The notes: generated by a model not told the origin, from the letters alone. 32,000 bases of DNA from Pseudothioglobus sp. nBUS_23 (GCF_051201565.1 NZ_CP179200.1:600001-632000); one strand, 5' to 3'; positions 1 through 9,764 are shown, counted from the first letter of the stretch. Numbers and translations are program-made.

Positions 1-1
1 A

Positions 2-973
2 AAAATCGCATTATTTACAAACGTAGCTGAAGACTCAGTATTTATATCGCTTGACAAAGATACCATTTATAAAGTACCAGAGGACCTTCATAGCCAAGGC
101 CTTGACGATGCTGTTGTCTCTAAATTAGGTCTTAAGTGTAAAAAAGCCGATCTTACAGAATGGAAAAATGTAGTCTCTAGATTGGAAATGCCAAACCATA
201 GTGTAGATATTGCAATGGTTGGAAAATATATGGATTTAACAGAATCTTATAAATCTCTTTCAGAGGCACTTATTCATGCAGGAGTTCATACGCAAACTAA
301 AGTCAATATTCACTATTTTGACTCAGAAGAAATTGAAAAAAATGGAGCAGAAAGTTTAAGCAATATGAGTGCCATTTTGGTTCCAGGAGGATTTGGCATA
401 AGAGGCATTGAAGGAAAAATAAAAGCTGTTCAATTTGCACGTGAGAATAATATTCCATATTTAGGGATATGTCTGGGTCTTCAAGTTGCAGTGATTGAGT
501 ATGCTCGTCATATGGCAAATATGAAGGGAGCCAATAGTACGGAGTTTGATGAAAATACTAACTATCCTGTAATTGGTCTAATAACAGAGTGGCAAGATGA
601 GAATGGTGACACCCAGACGCGGGATTCTGATTCTGATTTGGGGGGCACCATGAGACTTGGCGGTCAAGAGTGCCAATTAGTTAAAGGCAGCCATTCCCAA
701 AAAATCTATGGCTCAGAGAAGGTAACTGAAAGACACAGGCATAGATATGAAGTAAACAATAAACTGATATCACAAATTGAAAATGCTGGACTTACTGTTT
801 CTGGAAGGTCAAATGATGGCTCTCTTGTGGAAATGGTTGAAATAACTAACCATCCCTGGTTTGTTGCCTGCCAGTTTCATCCTGAGTTTACCTCAACGCC
901 AAGGGATGGACACCCACTCTTTGAGAGTTTTATAAATGCCGCTAAGGAAGCACATAATTTAATACTTTCTTAA
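2..973 (+). CDS. pyrG: CTP synthase, C-terminal part (5' end lies upstream of the window)
   Basis: The frame is open from nt 2 ([36 protein letters not shown]...). The glutamine amidotransferase domain shows GICLGLQ (nucleophile Cys) and HRHRYEVN / [10 protein letters not shown] motifs. Confidence 0.95.
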   Translation, partial: KIALFTNVAEDSVFISLDKDTIYKVPEDLHSQGLDDAVVSKLGLKCKKADLTEWKNVVSRLEMPNHSVDIAMVGKYMDLTESYKSLSEALIHAGVHTQTKVNIHYFDSEEIEKNGAESLSNMSAILVPGGFGIRGIEGKIKAVQFARENNIPYLGICLGLQVAVIEYARHMANMKGANSTEFDENTNYPVIGLITEWQDENGDTQTRDSDSDLGGTMRLGGQECQLVKGSHSQKIYGSEKVTERHRHRYEVNNKLISQIENAGLTVSGRSNDGSLVEMVEITNHPWFVACQFHPEFTSTPRDGHPLFESFINAAKEAHNLILS

Positions 974-1006
974 TTAAAAAAATCTTTTGATTTTATAATT
1001 TCAATT

Positions 1007-2251
1007 ATGTCTTTGAAAAAAACAGAGATTACGGTTTTGGGTGGAGGTGTTATAGGTCTCTCTGTTGCATTAAGAATGTTGAATGCAGGAAGAGAAGTTA
1101 CTTTAATTGATCCTGAGGAGCCTGGGACTGGGACTTCATTTGGCAATGCTGGCACTATCGCGGAATACGCTGTTCTGCCAGTTGGATCTCCAGAGGTAAT
1201 TAAACAGCTACCCTCGCTTCTATTTAATAAGAATAGTCCTATAGCAATCAAGCGCTCTGCAATTCTATCCTTATGCCCTTGGCTTATAAAATTTTTATAC
1301 CAGTCAATGCCAAAGAACGCCGCGAGAAATGCTCAAGCGATTGCCTCATTAGTTCAAGGTTCAAGGATGCGATGGGAGGAGCTTTCCTCACAAGTTGGTG
1401 GAGAGTCCTTCATAAAAACAGATGGTAATGTCTATCTTTATCCTAAAGAGGAGCTTTTAGAGTATGGAATAAGGGATATTGAGAAAAGAATACAGCTTGG
1501 CTTAAATGCAGAGATTTTAAATATTGATGAACTTAAAAAGCTGGAGCCAAAACTTGATTTATCTGAGGGTGGAGCCTCTTTCTTTCCGGATGGAGCGTAT
1601 ATGAATGACCCTGGAAAAATGGTCAAGCTAATTTTAAATGCATCAATCAATAAGGGTTGTCAGATTATAAGTCAAACCGCAACAAAAATTGAGAGAGTAA
1701 ATGATGGTATCAAAGTCCATCTTGATAACAAGTCAACAATATTAACTAAACAGTTGGTAGTTGCAGCAGGTGCTTACTCTAAAAAATTTGCTCAACAAGC
1801 AGGCGATAAAATTCCACTGGATGTAGAGCGCGGATATCATGTTGAGTATGACATGGCGGAGCCTCTTCTAAATAGGCCATGCTGCTATGCTGCCGGAGGT
1901 TTCTATATGTCGCCAATGTCTGGTAGGCTGAGAGTAGTTGGAACTGTTGAGCTTGGCGGCTTGAGTCCTAAAATTTCTCAGCACAGAATCAAGTACTTAG
2001 AAAAAGGCGCTAGGCAATTTTTTCCAACACTTAGCAATCCAAGCAGGACATGGCTTGGATTTCGCCCATCAATCCCTGATAGTAGGCCAGTAATCTCTCA
2101 GTCAAGCAAAGGAAACAATATTGTTTATGCTTTTGGACACGGGCACATAGGACTTACCTTAGCACCAATCACAGCAGAAATTGTTGAGTCAATACTGACA
2201 AAGACTAAGACCCCTATATCAATATCTGAGTTCTCAGCAACAAGGTTTTAA
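1007..2251 (+). CDS. FAD-dependent oxidoreductase, D-amino-acid dehydrogenase (DadA/DAO)-like
   Basis: N-terminal Rossmann motif ITVLGGGVIGLSVAL...EVTLID. The length of 414 aa and the C-terminal FGHGHIGLTLAP are typical of the DAO family. Substrate is not inferable. Confidence 0.8.
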   Translation: MSLKKTEITVLGGGVIGLSVALRMLNAGREVTLIDPEEPGTGTSFGNAGTIAEYAVLPVGSPEVIKQLPSLLFNKNSPIAIKRSAILSLCPWLIKFLYQSMPKNAARNAQAIASLVQGSRMRWEELSSQVGGESFIKTDGNVYLYPKEELLEYGIRDIEKRIQLGLNAEILNIDELKKLEPKLDLSEGGASFFPDGAYMNDPGKMVKLILNASINKGCQIISQTATKIERVNDGIKVHLDNKSTILTKQLVVAAGAYSKKFAQQAGDKIPLDVERGYHVEYDMAEPLLNRPCCYAAGGFYMSPMSGRLRVVGTVELGGLSPKISQHRIKYLEKGARQFFPTLSNPSRTWLGFRPSIPDSRPVISQSSKGNNIVYAFGHGHIGLTLAPITAEIVESILTKTKTPISISEFSATRF

Positions 2252-2265
2252 TTTCATTTACTAAA

Positions 2266-3657
2266 CTACTTCTTTTTTACAAATTTCATGAGGCGTCTTT
2301 TTTTCTGAATTTGGCGCGCAGACAAGACATTTTTTTTATCTTTGAATGGATTGTCACCACTCTTGAAGTTGATTTTTATCGGAGTATTGGTAAGCTTGAG
2401 AGAAGTAGTAAAGAAATTCATTAAAAATCGTTCATAACTCTTTGGTACATTTTGAACGTGATTTCCATGAAACATGAGCGTTGGGGGGAATACATCAGTT
2501 TGATTCACAAACTTCAGTCGAAGTCTTCTTCCTGCAACAGGGGGCGGCTGATGAGAACTATTTGCCTGCTCTAAGATTTTGTTTAGAAGTGATGTTGGAT
2601 ATCTTTTACCTGCATGCTCATAGGACCTTTTGATGGGTTCAAATAGTTTTCCAACACCGGAGCCATGAAGCGCTGAAATGAAGTGAATGGAGGCATAACT
2701 AACGAAAGAGAGTTTCACATCAAGCTTCCTTTTGACTTCACTTTTTTGATACTCATCCAGTCCATCCCATTTATTGACGACTATCAATAAGGCTCTGCCT
2801 TTGTCAGCTATCATTCCAAGCAATGTGGCATCCTGTTCCGTCACTCCTTCGTGAGCATCCAAGACTAGAATTACAACTTGGGAATCTTCTAAAGCACTGA
2901 TTGCTTTTATGATGCTAAATTTCTCTATTTTTTCATCAACGCTTCGCTTCCTTCGAATGCCTGCAGTATCAATTAGTGTGAACTGCTCTCCTTCCCTTTC
3001 AAAAGGGATAAATATGCTGTCTCGGGTCGTTCCAGGAAGATCCACTGCCATTACTCTTTCCTCACCTAAGATTCGATTAATTAGTGTTGATTTGCCTACA
3101 TTTGGTCTGCCTAATACTGCTACCGCAATACCATCAATGTCTTGCTTTTCTATGTCAGTTGACTCTGGCAATAGGGGTAATGTTTTTTCAATAAGATCTT
3201 GGATGCCTTGGTTGTGTTCAGCTGAAATGAGTGTGGGTTCTCCTAATCCGAGCTCATAAAATTCAGATGCTGAACTCAGATTCAATCCCTCTGCCTTGTT
3301 GCAAACCAAAATTATATTTTTTTTGAGCTTTCTGAGCTGACTAGAAATATCAAGGTCTAGTGCTGTAACGCCATCTTTGTTACTAACAATAAAATAAATG
3401 ACATTGGACTCATCGAGCGCACTCAAAACTTGGTTTTGAATACCTGAATCAATGACCGAGTCTTCATTTGTCAGACCACCAGTATCTACAATTGTGCAGA
3501 AGCGCTCATCCTCAAGCTCAATGTTTGCATACTGACGATCTCGCGTTAGGCCTTCATAATCCGAAACCAGAGCCTGACGAGAATTACTGAGACGATTAAA
3601 CAGTGTCGATTTACCTACGTTAGGCCTACCGACCAGAGAGATGATAGGGTAGCTCAC
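2266..3657 (-). CDS. der: Ribosome-associated GTPase Der/EngA (two tandem GTPase domains plus KH-like C-terminus)
   Basis: Two P-loops (GRPNVGKSTLFNRL and GRPNVGKSTLINRI), DTGG/DTAG and NKAE/NKWD boxes, basic C-terminal tail. Confidence 0.95.
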   Translation of the reverse strand: MSYPIISLVGRPNVGKSTLFNRLSNSRQALVSDYEGLTRDRQYANIELEDERFCTIVDTGGLTNEDSVIDSGIQNQVLSALDESNVIYFIVSNKDGVTALDLDISSQLRKLKKNIILVCNKAEGLNLSSASEFYELGLGEPTLISAEHNQGIQDLIEKTLPLLPESTDIEKQDIDGIAVAVLGRPNVGKSTLINRILGEERVMAVDLPGTTRDSIFIPFEREGEQFTLIDTAGIRRKRSVDEKIEKFSIIKAISALEDSQVVILVLDAHEGVTEQDATLLGMIADKGRALLIVVNKWDGLDEYQKSEVKRKLDVKLSFVSYASIHFISALHGSGVGKLFEPIKRSYEHAGKRYPTSLLNKILEQANSSHQPPPVAGRRLRLKFVNQTDVFPPTLMFHGNHVQNVPKSYERFLMNFFTTSLKLTNTPIKINFKSGDNPFKDKKNVLSARQIQKKRRLMKFVKKK

Positions 3658-3677
3658 AATGGATAACCTGAAAGGAA

Positions 3678-4295
3678 TTAATTCAGATCGTCAAGTTTGA
3701 TCTGAATTAATTGAGATAAGCTTGAATTATCAGTAATGTTTTCAATTGCGAGAGCGTAACTATTTCTTGCCTCTTCGTTGTTGCCGAGATCTAAATGCAC
3801 ATCACCAGCAAGGTTATAAAATAAACCTGAAAACTCGTTAGCATTATCCATATTTAGAACAGCCAGAGCCTCTTGATGCTGTCCAAGCTCTAAATAGAGC
3901 GAGGCTGAACGAAGGGCTGCAGTAGATGCAATGACAGAATTCTCTCGACTCATTAAAGGCTTTAAAGCGTCCAACGCTAAAGAGTAGTTTTCAGCTTCAA
4001 ACAAGTATTTAGCCATTAACAGTGTTGCTTGGTCTGAATATGAGCTGGAAGGGTGATCTTTGATTAATTTGTCATAAGCACCCACATTGGCTGAATCTGA
4101 AGCATAGCTTAAATATAATGCCCTAGCATTCAAGGCTTGACTGTCTTGATAATCTACATAATAATTCCACCCAAATATCCCTGCAAGACCAAGAACTGCT
4201 CCAGCAATTATTTGCTTGCCGTTGGAATCCCACCACTTTTTTAATTTGTCAACTTGCTCTTCTTCCGAATCGCTAATTTCTATAAAGTTTTTCAT
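3678..4295 (-). CDS. yfgM: YfgM-like membrane-anchored TPR-like protein (ancillary SecYEG/chaperone partner)
   Basis: Acidic N-terminus with EEQVDKLKKWWDSNGK, a single TM segment (IIAGAVLGLAGIFGW) and a helical-repeat C-terminus. It aligns by eye along E. coli YfgM and sits in the conserved position after hisS. Confidence 0.8.
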   Translation of the reverse strand: MKNFIEISDSEEEQVDKLKKWWDSNGKQIIAGAVLGLAGIFGWNYYVDYQDSQALNARALYLSYASDSANVGAYDKLIKDHPSSSYSDQATLLMAKYLFEAENYSLALDALKPLMSRENSVIASTAALRSASLYLELGQHQEALAVLNMDNANEFSGLFYNLAGDVHLDLGNNEEARNSYALAIENITDNSSLSQLIQIKLDDLN

Positions 4296-5560
4296 AAAAT
4301 CTCCTGAAGATGCTGAATGATACCCTCAAGTTCAATTGATTGCTGAACTCCTTGGCCCTTTAAAGGCTTTAAACCTAGAACATTTTTTGCCAACTCCTCC
4401 TCTCCAAGTATCAATGCATAGTCGGCGCCAGACTTGTTCGCTTTTTTCATCTGACTTTTAAGAGTTCCTATGGTTATATCATTTGTAATGGTTATGTTTG
4501 GCATCACTTCAAGGATCTGTCTTGAGATCTTCATTGATTCAAAATGAGCGCTCTCTCCCATAGACAAAAAGTATAAATGAGGCCTATCTGAAATAAGTTG
4601 TTTAGATTTATCGTGAATCAGAAGAGCAATTCTCTCTAGTCCCATTGCAAAGCCTATTGCTGGAGTTGGGTTGCCTCCCATTTTTTCAACTAAGCCGTCA
4701 TACCTTCCTCCACCACAAATTGTACCTTGAGAGCCAAGCTCATTAGATACCCATTCAAAAACAGTTTGGTTGTAGTAGTCGAGACCTCTCACAAGCTTTG
4801 GGTTCACCTTATAAGGAATCTCAAGATGATCCAGATAATTTTTTAATGATTTAAAGTGTTCATTTGACTCTCTATCAAGATGATCAATCATCTTAGGTGC
4901 TTCGGCAATGAGCACCTTTAGATCCTTGTTCTTGCTATCAAGAATTCTTAATGGGTTTGTTTTAAGCCTCCTTGAACTGTCCTCGTCAAGTCTGTCCTTA
5001 TTGTCACTAAAGTACCCAGTTAGAGTTTCTCGATATGAAGCTCTACTCGCTGCTGAGCCAAGTGAGTTAATTTCAAGTTGAGCATTAATTTGTAATGACT
5101 TCCAAAGAGAATCAGTAATAGAGATAAGTTCAGCATCAATTTTTGCATCCGATGCGCCAAAAACTTCAGCACCAACCTGATGAAATTGACGATACCTTCC
5201 TTTTTGTGGTCGCTCATGCCTAAACATCGGGCCATTATAAAAAACTTTTTGGATGCCTTCTCTAGGTAAGTTGTGTTCAATCATCATTCTGACCACTCCA
5301 GCTGTACCCTCAGGCCTCAATGTCAGAGAGTCTCCGTTGTTGTCCTTCCAGGTGTACATTTCTTTTTCAACAATATCTGTCACCTCTCCAATCGCCCTTG
5401 AAAAAGTTTCAGTGCTCTCAACGTTTGGAGTGCGGCAGTATTTGTAGCCAAAAGATAGCAGGAGATTATTGATAGTGTTATCCAAAAACCCCCAGATTTG
5501 TGAATCTGCAGGTAGAAGATCATTCATACCACGGATAGCTTGAATTTTTTTTGACATCAA
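4292..5560 (-). CDS. hisS: Histidine--tRNA ligase
   Basis: N-terminus KIQAIRGMNDLLP, class II motifs (FRHERPQKGRYRQFHQ, GGGRYDGL), C-terminal anticodon-binding domain. It overlaps yfgM by 4 nt. Confidence 0.95.
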   Translation of the reverse strand: MMSKKIQAIRGMNDLLPADSQIWGFLDNTINNLLLSFGYKYCRTPNVESTETFSRAIGEVTDIVEKEMYTWKDNNGDSLTLRPEGTAGVVRMMIEHNLPREGIQKVFYNGPMFRHERPQKGRYRQFHQVGAEVFGASDAKIDAELISITDSLWKSLQINAQLEINSLGSAASRASYRETLTGYFSDNKDRLDEDSSRRLKTNPLRILDSKNKDLKVLIAEAPKMIDHLDRESNEHFKSLKNYLDHLEIPYKVNPKLVRGLDYYNQTVFEWVSNELGSQGTICGGGRYDGLVEKMGGNPTPAIGFAMGLERIALLIHDKSKQLISDRPHLYFLSMGESAHFESMKISRQILEVMPNITITNDITIGTLKSQMKKANKSGADYALILGEEELAKNVLGLKPLKGQGVQQSIELEGIIQHLQEIL

Positions 5561-5642
5561 TAATTTCTATCTTTAAATAATCTTATTTTACCAATTATAT
5601 TTGAAGATGAGCTCAAAGCAGTAACCAACTGATAAATAAATC

Positions 5643-6545
5643 TTAGTTGTTTTTTATTCCACTTGGGACATGACCTGTTGGAACATATTGAGAGGCAGAG
5701 TCACAATGCTGTTGCTGATCATCAAAAAAAATGTCTGCTGCGAATTGTCTTAAAAAGACGCCTTTATCTAGGCCACCAAGAAAGAATGATTCATCTATAC
5801 GAATTCCCCATTCTCGCATCGTATGGATTACTCTTTTGTGCGATGGGGCAGACCTTGCTGTGACTAGAGCAGTTCTTATTGGGTTGTTCTCCTCCGGGAA
5901 CGTAGACTGGATTTTTTGCAGCGATACCAAGAAGGACTTGAAAGGTCCAGCTTTTAGTTCAATTTTTTCAGACAAAACCTCGTTTTTATGAAAAGCCTCA
6001 AGGCCTTTCTCTTGGAAAATTCTCTCAGCCTCATCTGAGAAGATAACAGCATCTCCATCGAAGGCTATTCTGAGCTGGGAAGGGTGACTATTGTTTGATT
6101 TTGACTCTACAATGGATGCTGCTGCGTAGCCTGACTGAAGTGCTTTTTGTACGTCATTGTAGTTGCTTGATAAAAATAAATCAGCCTCAAAGGCACCAAC
6201 GAAAGGGTGCGTGCTCTCACCACGAGTAAAGGCTGCTCTAGAAATGTTAAGGCCATAATGCTCTATCGAGTTAAAAATTCTAAGGCCAGTATCAGCGCTG
6301 TTTCTTGATAAAAGAATGACATCGATTGGTGTTTTTTTGCTATTGAGCTTAAGTAATTTTTTTACTAGAGTAAATCCTACTCCAGGCTCTAAAACGACAT
6401 GCTCATTCTCTTGTTGATGCTTTGCATATGCCTCAATACCCTCTTCTTTAAATATCTTATGAGAGTGATCAAGGTTGAATAAAGCCCTCGAGGAGATTGC
6501 AATGACTAATTTACTGCTCTGCGATTTTACTTTCTTACTACCCAT
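5643..6545 (-). CDS. 5'-nucleotidase, cN-I-like family (PF06189-type)
   Basis: LVIAISSRALFNLD N-terminal block and HAD-like IAFDGDAVIFSDEAE motif, characteristic of the cytosolic 5'-nucleotidase I-like bacterial family. Length is about 300 aa. Confidence 0.7.
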   Translation of the reverse strand: MGSKKVKSQSSKLVIAISSRALFNLDHSHKIFKEEGIEAYAKHQQENEHVVLEPGVGFTLVKKLLKLNSKKTPIDVILLSRNSADTGLRIFNSIEHYGLNISRAAFTRGESTHPFVGAFEADLFLSSNYNDVQKALQSGYAAASIVESKSNNSHPSQLRIAFDGDAVIFSDEAERIFQEKGLEAFHKNEVLSEKIELKAGPFKSFLVSLQKIQSTFPEENNPIRTALVTARSAPSHKRVIHTMREWGIRIDESFFLGGLDKGVFLRQFAADIFFDDQQQHCDSASQYVPTGHVPSGIKNN

Positions 6546-6994
6546 TCTGCTCCATTGTACCTATCCAAGCAGTAATCAAGCCATCTAAGCATAAATACAT
6601 TGAGCTCTAATTGGAATGCTAAGTCGCTACAGTCATTGATTAATGGATGATGAGAATTAATCCTCGTCTCTTTGCAAATTGAATCAACTTCTAAAAGCTT
6701 TGCATCAAAATAGAGTTTGAATCGAATATCGGGCCTATTAATGACTCCATGAGGCGAATTAATTCTGTGCGTGAGAGTATAGGTGCCAGTATATTTAGAT
6801 TTATCGTGACAGATAAGGTAAAGGTCATTGGAAGGTTTTTTGATTCCAATTAGATCCCCTTTAACTGATGGTAGAAGAGGGACTAGTCTTGATATTTTTT
6901 TAAAATTAAGTTCAAAAACCTCTGATAAGCTTGAATAAGTTACTTTTTCTTTGTTATAAATTAGTTTGGTTTGTGCTTGATCATTCATCATCAA
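6527..6994 (-). CDS. DUF1249 (YqiB-like) protein
   Basis: Blocks FELNFKKISRLVP, FKLYFDAKLLEV and FMLRWLDYCL match the E. coli YqiB blocks CEMNFSQLRRLLP, VRLYHDAMVAEV and FLADWLRYCL. It overlaps the downstream nucleotidase start by 19 nt. Confidence 0.8.
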   Translation of the reverse strand: MMMNDQAQTKLIYNKEKVTYSSLSEVFELNFKKISRLVPLLPSVKGDLIGIKKPSNDLYLICHDKSKYTGTYTLTHRINSPHGVINRPDIRFKLYFDAKLLEVDSICKETRINSHHPLINDCSDLAFQLELNVFMLRWLDYCLDRYNGAEWVVRK

Positions 6995-7068
6995 TTCAAC
7001 ATTTTAATGTTTAACTAACAAAAGGCTTGTATTAAATTCTATTGAAAACTGTATAAATTAATTTGAAT

Positions 7069-8511
7069 TTAAAAATCACCTTGATCAAAATTTGACATAT
7101 TATTAACGTATGAGGCATCCATCTGATCATCACTGACTCCCTGGAATCTATCTTCAAAAGCTAAATCCTCAAACCTTGAGTACTGTCCAACGAAGGCAAG
7201 TTTGATATTACCAGTTGCACCATTTCGATGCTTAGCTATTCTGAGATCAGCCTTTCCAACCTCTTCTGGATTGGTATAGGCGTCATCATGATAGACCTCA
7301 TCTCGATAAATGAAGCCAATAATGTCAGCATCCTGCTCAATCGATCCAGACTCTCTTAAATCAGCCATCTGTGGAATTCTACCTTTCCCAGTTTTTGCTC
7401 TAGATTCAACCCCTCGATTGAGCTGAGAGAGTGCAATGACAGGCACGTTGATTTCTTTTGCAAGTGACTTAAGGGATCGAGATATCTCTGAAATTTCCTG
7501 AACTCGGTTTTCTGACTTGCCGTGAACAGTCATGAGCTGAAGATAGTCCACCATGATAAGGCCAAGGTCTGGGTATCGTCTTTTGAGTCTTCTGCATTTG
7601 GCTCTAATTTCTGTTGGTGTTATTGAGGGAGTCTCATCAATCAAGATTGTGTTTTCTTCAAACGCTCTAACAGCATGATTAAAACTATTCCAATCAATCT
7701 CAGACATGTCACCATCGCGTAATTTGCTTGAATCAATCCTTCCAAAAGATGAAATCATTCTAATGACTAACTGCTCTGTTGGCATTTCTAAACTAAACAC
7801 TGCTACCGGTGTTGAATTGTGGATTGCTACATGCTCAACAATATTCATTGAAAGCGCAGTTTTGCCCATACTAGGCCTTCCAGCAATGATAATTAAGTCA
7901 CCATTTTGAAGACCTGAAGTGAGCTTGTCGAATTCTGAGAAGCCAGTCTCTGCACCTTTGTAACCTTTTAACTCTTGCATTTCATGAACACGATTCACGA
8001 CATCTTTAATAATGTCTTTGACATTCGTAATCTCTTGCTTATTCCGGCTAACCTGCTCAGCTATTTCAAATATTTTTCTCTCTGACAAGTCTAGTAGATC
8101 ATTCACTTCAATGTCTTTAGGATTGAAGGCGGTATCGGCTAGTTCTTTACCAATTTTTGTAAGCTGTCTGTAGATCGAAAGCTCTCTAACATGCTTCGCA
8201 TAAGCTTCGATATTTGAGACGCTGGGCGTGTTCTCAGCTATTTGGGCAAGATAGGCAAAGCCTCCAATAGAATCTTCATCATGAGACTTTATGACCTGTT
8301 CTTTTACTGTAAGAATATCAGCTGGTCTATCATGCTCTAAAAGAGTCACTATCGCATCATAAATGATTCGGTGTGAGGTTTGATAGAAGTCATCAGATCC
8401 AAGAATATTTACTACGTTGTCCCAAGAGTCATTATGAAGCAATAGACCACCAAGAACAGACTGCTCTGAGTCCACTGAGTTAGGTGGTATTTTTGCGTTA
8501 TCAATATCCAT
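7069..8511 (-). CDS. dnaB: Replicative DNA helicase DnaB
   Basis: N-terminal PPNSVDSEQSVLGGLL, Walker A GRPSMGKTALSMN, Walker B LIMVDYLQLM, SQLNR and Arg-finger region. Confidence 0.97.
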   Translation of the reverse strand: MDIDNAKIPPNSVDSEQSVLGGLLLHNDSWDNVVNILGSDDFYQTSHRIIYDAIVTLLEHDRPADILTVKEQVIKSHDEDSIGGFAYLAQIAENTPSVSNIEAYAKHVRELSIYRQLTKIGKELADTAFNPKDIEVNDLLDLSERKIFEIAEQVSRNKQEITNVKDIIKDVVNRVHEMQELKGYKGAETGFSEFDKLTSGLQNGDLIIIAGRPSMGKTALSMNIVEHVAIHNSTPVAVFSLEMPTEQLVIRMISSFGRIDSSKLRDGDMSEIDWNSFNHAVRAFEENTILIDETPSITPTEIRAKCRRLKRRYPDLGLIMVDYLQLMTVHGKSENRVQEISEISRSLKSLAKEINVPVIALSQLNRGVESRAKTGKGRIPQMADLRESGSIEQDADIIGFIYRDEVYHDDAYTNPEEVGKADLRIAKHRNGATGNIKLAFVGQYSRFEDLAFEDRFQGVSDDQMDASYVNNMSNFDQGDF

Positions 8512-8530
8512 TATTATGATTTAGAAAAAT

Positions 8531-8556
8531 AAAAAGCCCTCGATGAGGGCTTTTTA
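8531..8556 (-). terminator. Rho-independent terminator after rplI (hairpin is symmetric with A/T tracts on both sides)
   Basis: Perfect 7-bp stem AGCCCTC/GAGGGCT (8535-8551) with a 3-nt loop. It is flanked by A5 and T5, so on the minus strand the stem is followed by TTTTT. It lies 30 nt downstream of the rplI stop. Confidence 0.8.
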
Positions 8557-8586
8557 TTTTAACTCAGTTAACTGAATTGAATTGAG

Positions 8587-9042
8587 TTATTCTGTTTCAG
8601 TAGCAGCAATAACGACAACCTTAACAGGGACAACAACCTCAGCATATAATGAAACTGTAATTTCGTACTCGCCAGTGTTTCTAATAGCTTCAGGCATGTT
8701 GATGTCTCTCTTTTCGACTTCGAAACCTTGCTCCAAAAGATTTTCAGCAATATCAGCTGTGCTGACAGAACCATAAAGCTTGCCCTCTTCTACAGCGTTA
8801 GCAGAAATTGTACAGACAATATCTTTCATTGCAGTCTCTAAAGTCTGTGCATCAGAGAGTGCAGCTGCTTCTTTAGCTTCTAATTCGGCACGAAGCGTTT
8901 CAAAGACAGCCATATTGGCCTTGTTAGCAGGCTTTGCTTTTCCTTGAGGTATAAGATAATTACGAGCATACCCAGATTTGACGTTTGCTATATCACCAAG
9001 GTTGCCTAGTTTTTCATTTTTCTCTAACAAAATTACTTGCAT
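8587..9042 (-). CDS. rplI: 50S ribosomal protein L9
   Basis: MQVILLEKNEKLGNLGDIANVKSGYARNYLIPQGKA is the canonical L9 N-terminus. Confidence 0.97.
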   Translation of the reverse strand: MQVILLEKNEKLGNLGDIANVKSGYARNYLIPQGKAKPANKANMAVFETLRAELEAKEAAALSDAQTLETAMKDIVCTISANAVEEGKLYGSVSTADIAENLLEQGFEVEKRDINMPEAIRNTGEYEITVSLYAEVVVPVKVVVIAATETE

Positions 9043-9050
9043 AAGGCCTC

Positions 9051-9308
9051 CTATTTTTTGTGTTTGTCAGTGTACGGAATCAGCGCCAGAAATCTCGCTC
9101 TCTTAATGGCAGTGGTCAATTGTCTTTGAAACTTTGCAGAAGTTCCAGTGATCCTTGAAGGAGTTATTTTTCCACTCTCGTCTATATTCTTTAGAAGAAT
9201 ATCCACATCCTTGTAATCAATCTCTTTGACGCCAGCTTTGGTAAAGCGACAAAAGCGGTTAACAGGAATTTGGAACTTACGTCTTTTAGTTACTTGTTTT
9301 TTAGCCAT
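9051..9308 (-). CDS. rpsR: 30S ribosomal protein S18
   Basis: [61 protein letters not shown] is a canonical S18 core. Confidence 0.95.
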   Translation of the reverse strand: MAKKQVTKRRKFQIPVNRFCRFTKAGVKEIDYKDVDILLKNIDESGKITPSRITGTSAKFQRQLTTAIKRARFLALIPYTDKHKK

Positions 9309-9317
9309 TACTTCCTC

Positions 9318-9701
9318 CTATTTCTGATCAGAGTCTTGAACCGTAGCTTTCTCTTTGCTTGGTTCTTTGACTTTATCTTTGTCAGCTTCCGTTACCATTA
9401 TTGATGGCTCAGTAATAGCCTCTTTCTTAGAAATGATTAAGTTTCGAAGAATAGCATCGTTAAAACGGAAGTTATAGTTTAATTTATCGAGAGTTTCTTT
9501 GTCACACTCAATATTCATCATTAAATAATGCGCTTTATAAATCTTGTTGATTGGGTAGGCCAAGTGTTTACGACCCCAGTCTTCATCCCTATGAACAACA
9601 CCACCGCCTGTGGTGATTAGTTCTTTGTATTTTTCTATCATTGTTGTCACCTGAGAGCTTTGATCAGGATGGACAATGAGAGTTACTTCATAATGTCTCA
9701 T
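9318..9701 (-). CDS. rpsF: 30S ribosomal protein S6
   Basis: [18 protein letters not shown]...[12 protein letters not shown] with an acidic C-terminal tail. AAGGAG RBS lies upstream. Confidence 0.95.
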   Translation of the reverse strand: MRHYEVTLIVHPDQSSQVTTMIEKYKELITTGGGVVHRDEDWGRKHLAYPINKIYKAHYLMMNIECDKETLDKLNYNFRFNDAILRNLIISKKEAITEPSIMVTEADKDKVKEPSKEKATVQDSDQK

Positions 9702-9720
9702 CTATATCTCCTTATGGATT

Positions 9721-9752
9721 AAAAAAAGCTTGCCAACATCTGCAGGTCAAGC
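9721..9752 (-). promoter_or_regulatory. Terminator-like hairpin plus U7 tract inside the rpsF 5' leader (candidate autoregulatory or attenuator element)
   Basis: The minus strand reads GCTTGaCC-tgcagatgtt-GGCAAGC-TTTTTTT. It lies between a sigma70-like promoter (9765-9794) and the rpsF RBS. No upstream minus-strand gene exists for it to terminate. Confidence 0.4.
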
Positions 9753-9764
9753 AAGGAAGTGGGT

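Noticed and set aside
2909-3259. A 116-aa ORF antisense to der. Similar antisense or shadow ORFs occur at 303-518, 970-1251, 1438-1650, 5020-5447, 5663-5991, 7706-7909, 8568-8776, 10844-11056, 11126-11320, 11485-11700, 13111-13340, 13855-14046, 14478-14687, 18136-18318, 19828-20104, 20712-20978, 22114-22338, 23300-23488, 25058-25267, 27373-27654, 27964-28149, 28444-28717, 29458-29763, 30571-30813 and 31550-31930.
   Set aside because: All lie entirely or largely inside much longer ORFs with clear family motifs in another frame or on the opposite strand. Their translations are low-complexity or hydrophobic without recognisable motifs, so they are typical shadow ORFs.
9309-9317. Absence of priB between rpsF and rpsR, unlike E. 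coli rpsF-priB-rpsR-rplI.
   Set aside because: As I recall, the rpsF-rpsR-rplI-dnaB arrangement without priB is normal in Pseudomonas-like gammaproteobacteria, so this is lineage-typical rather than unusual.
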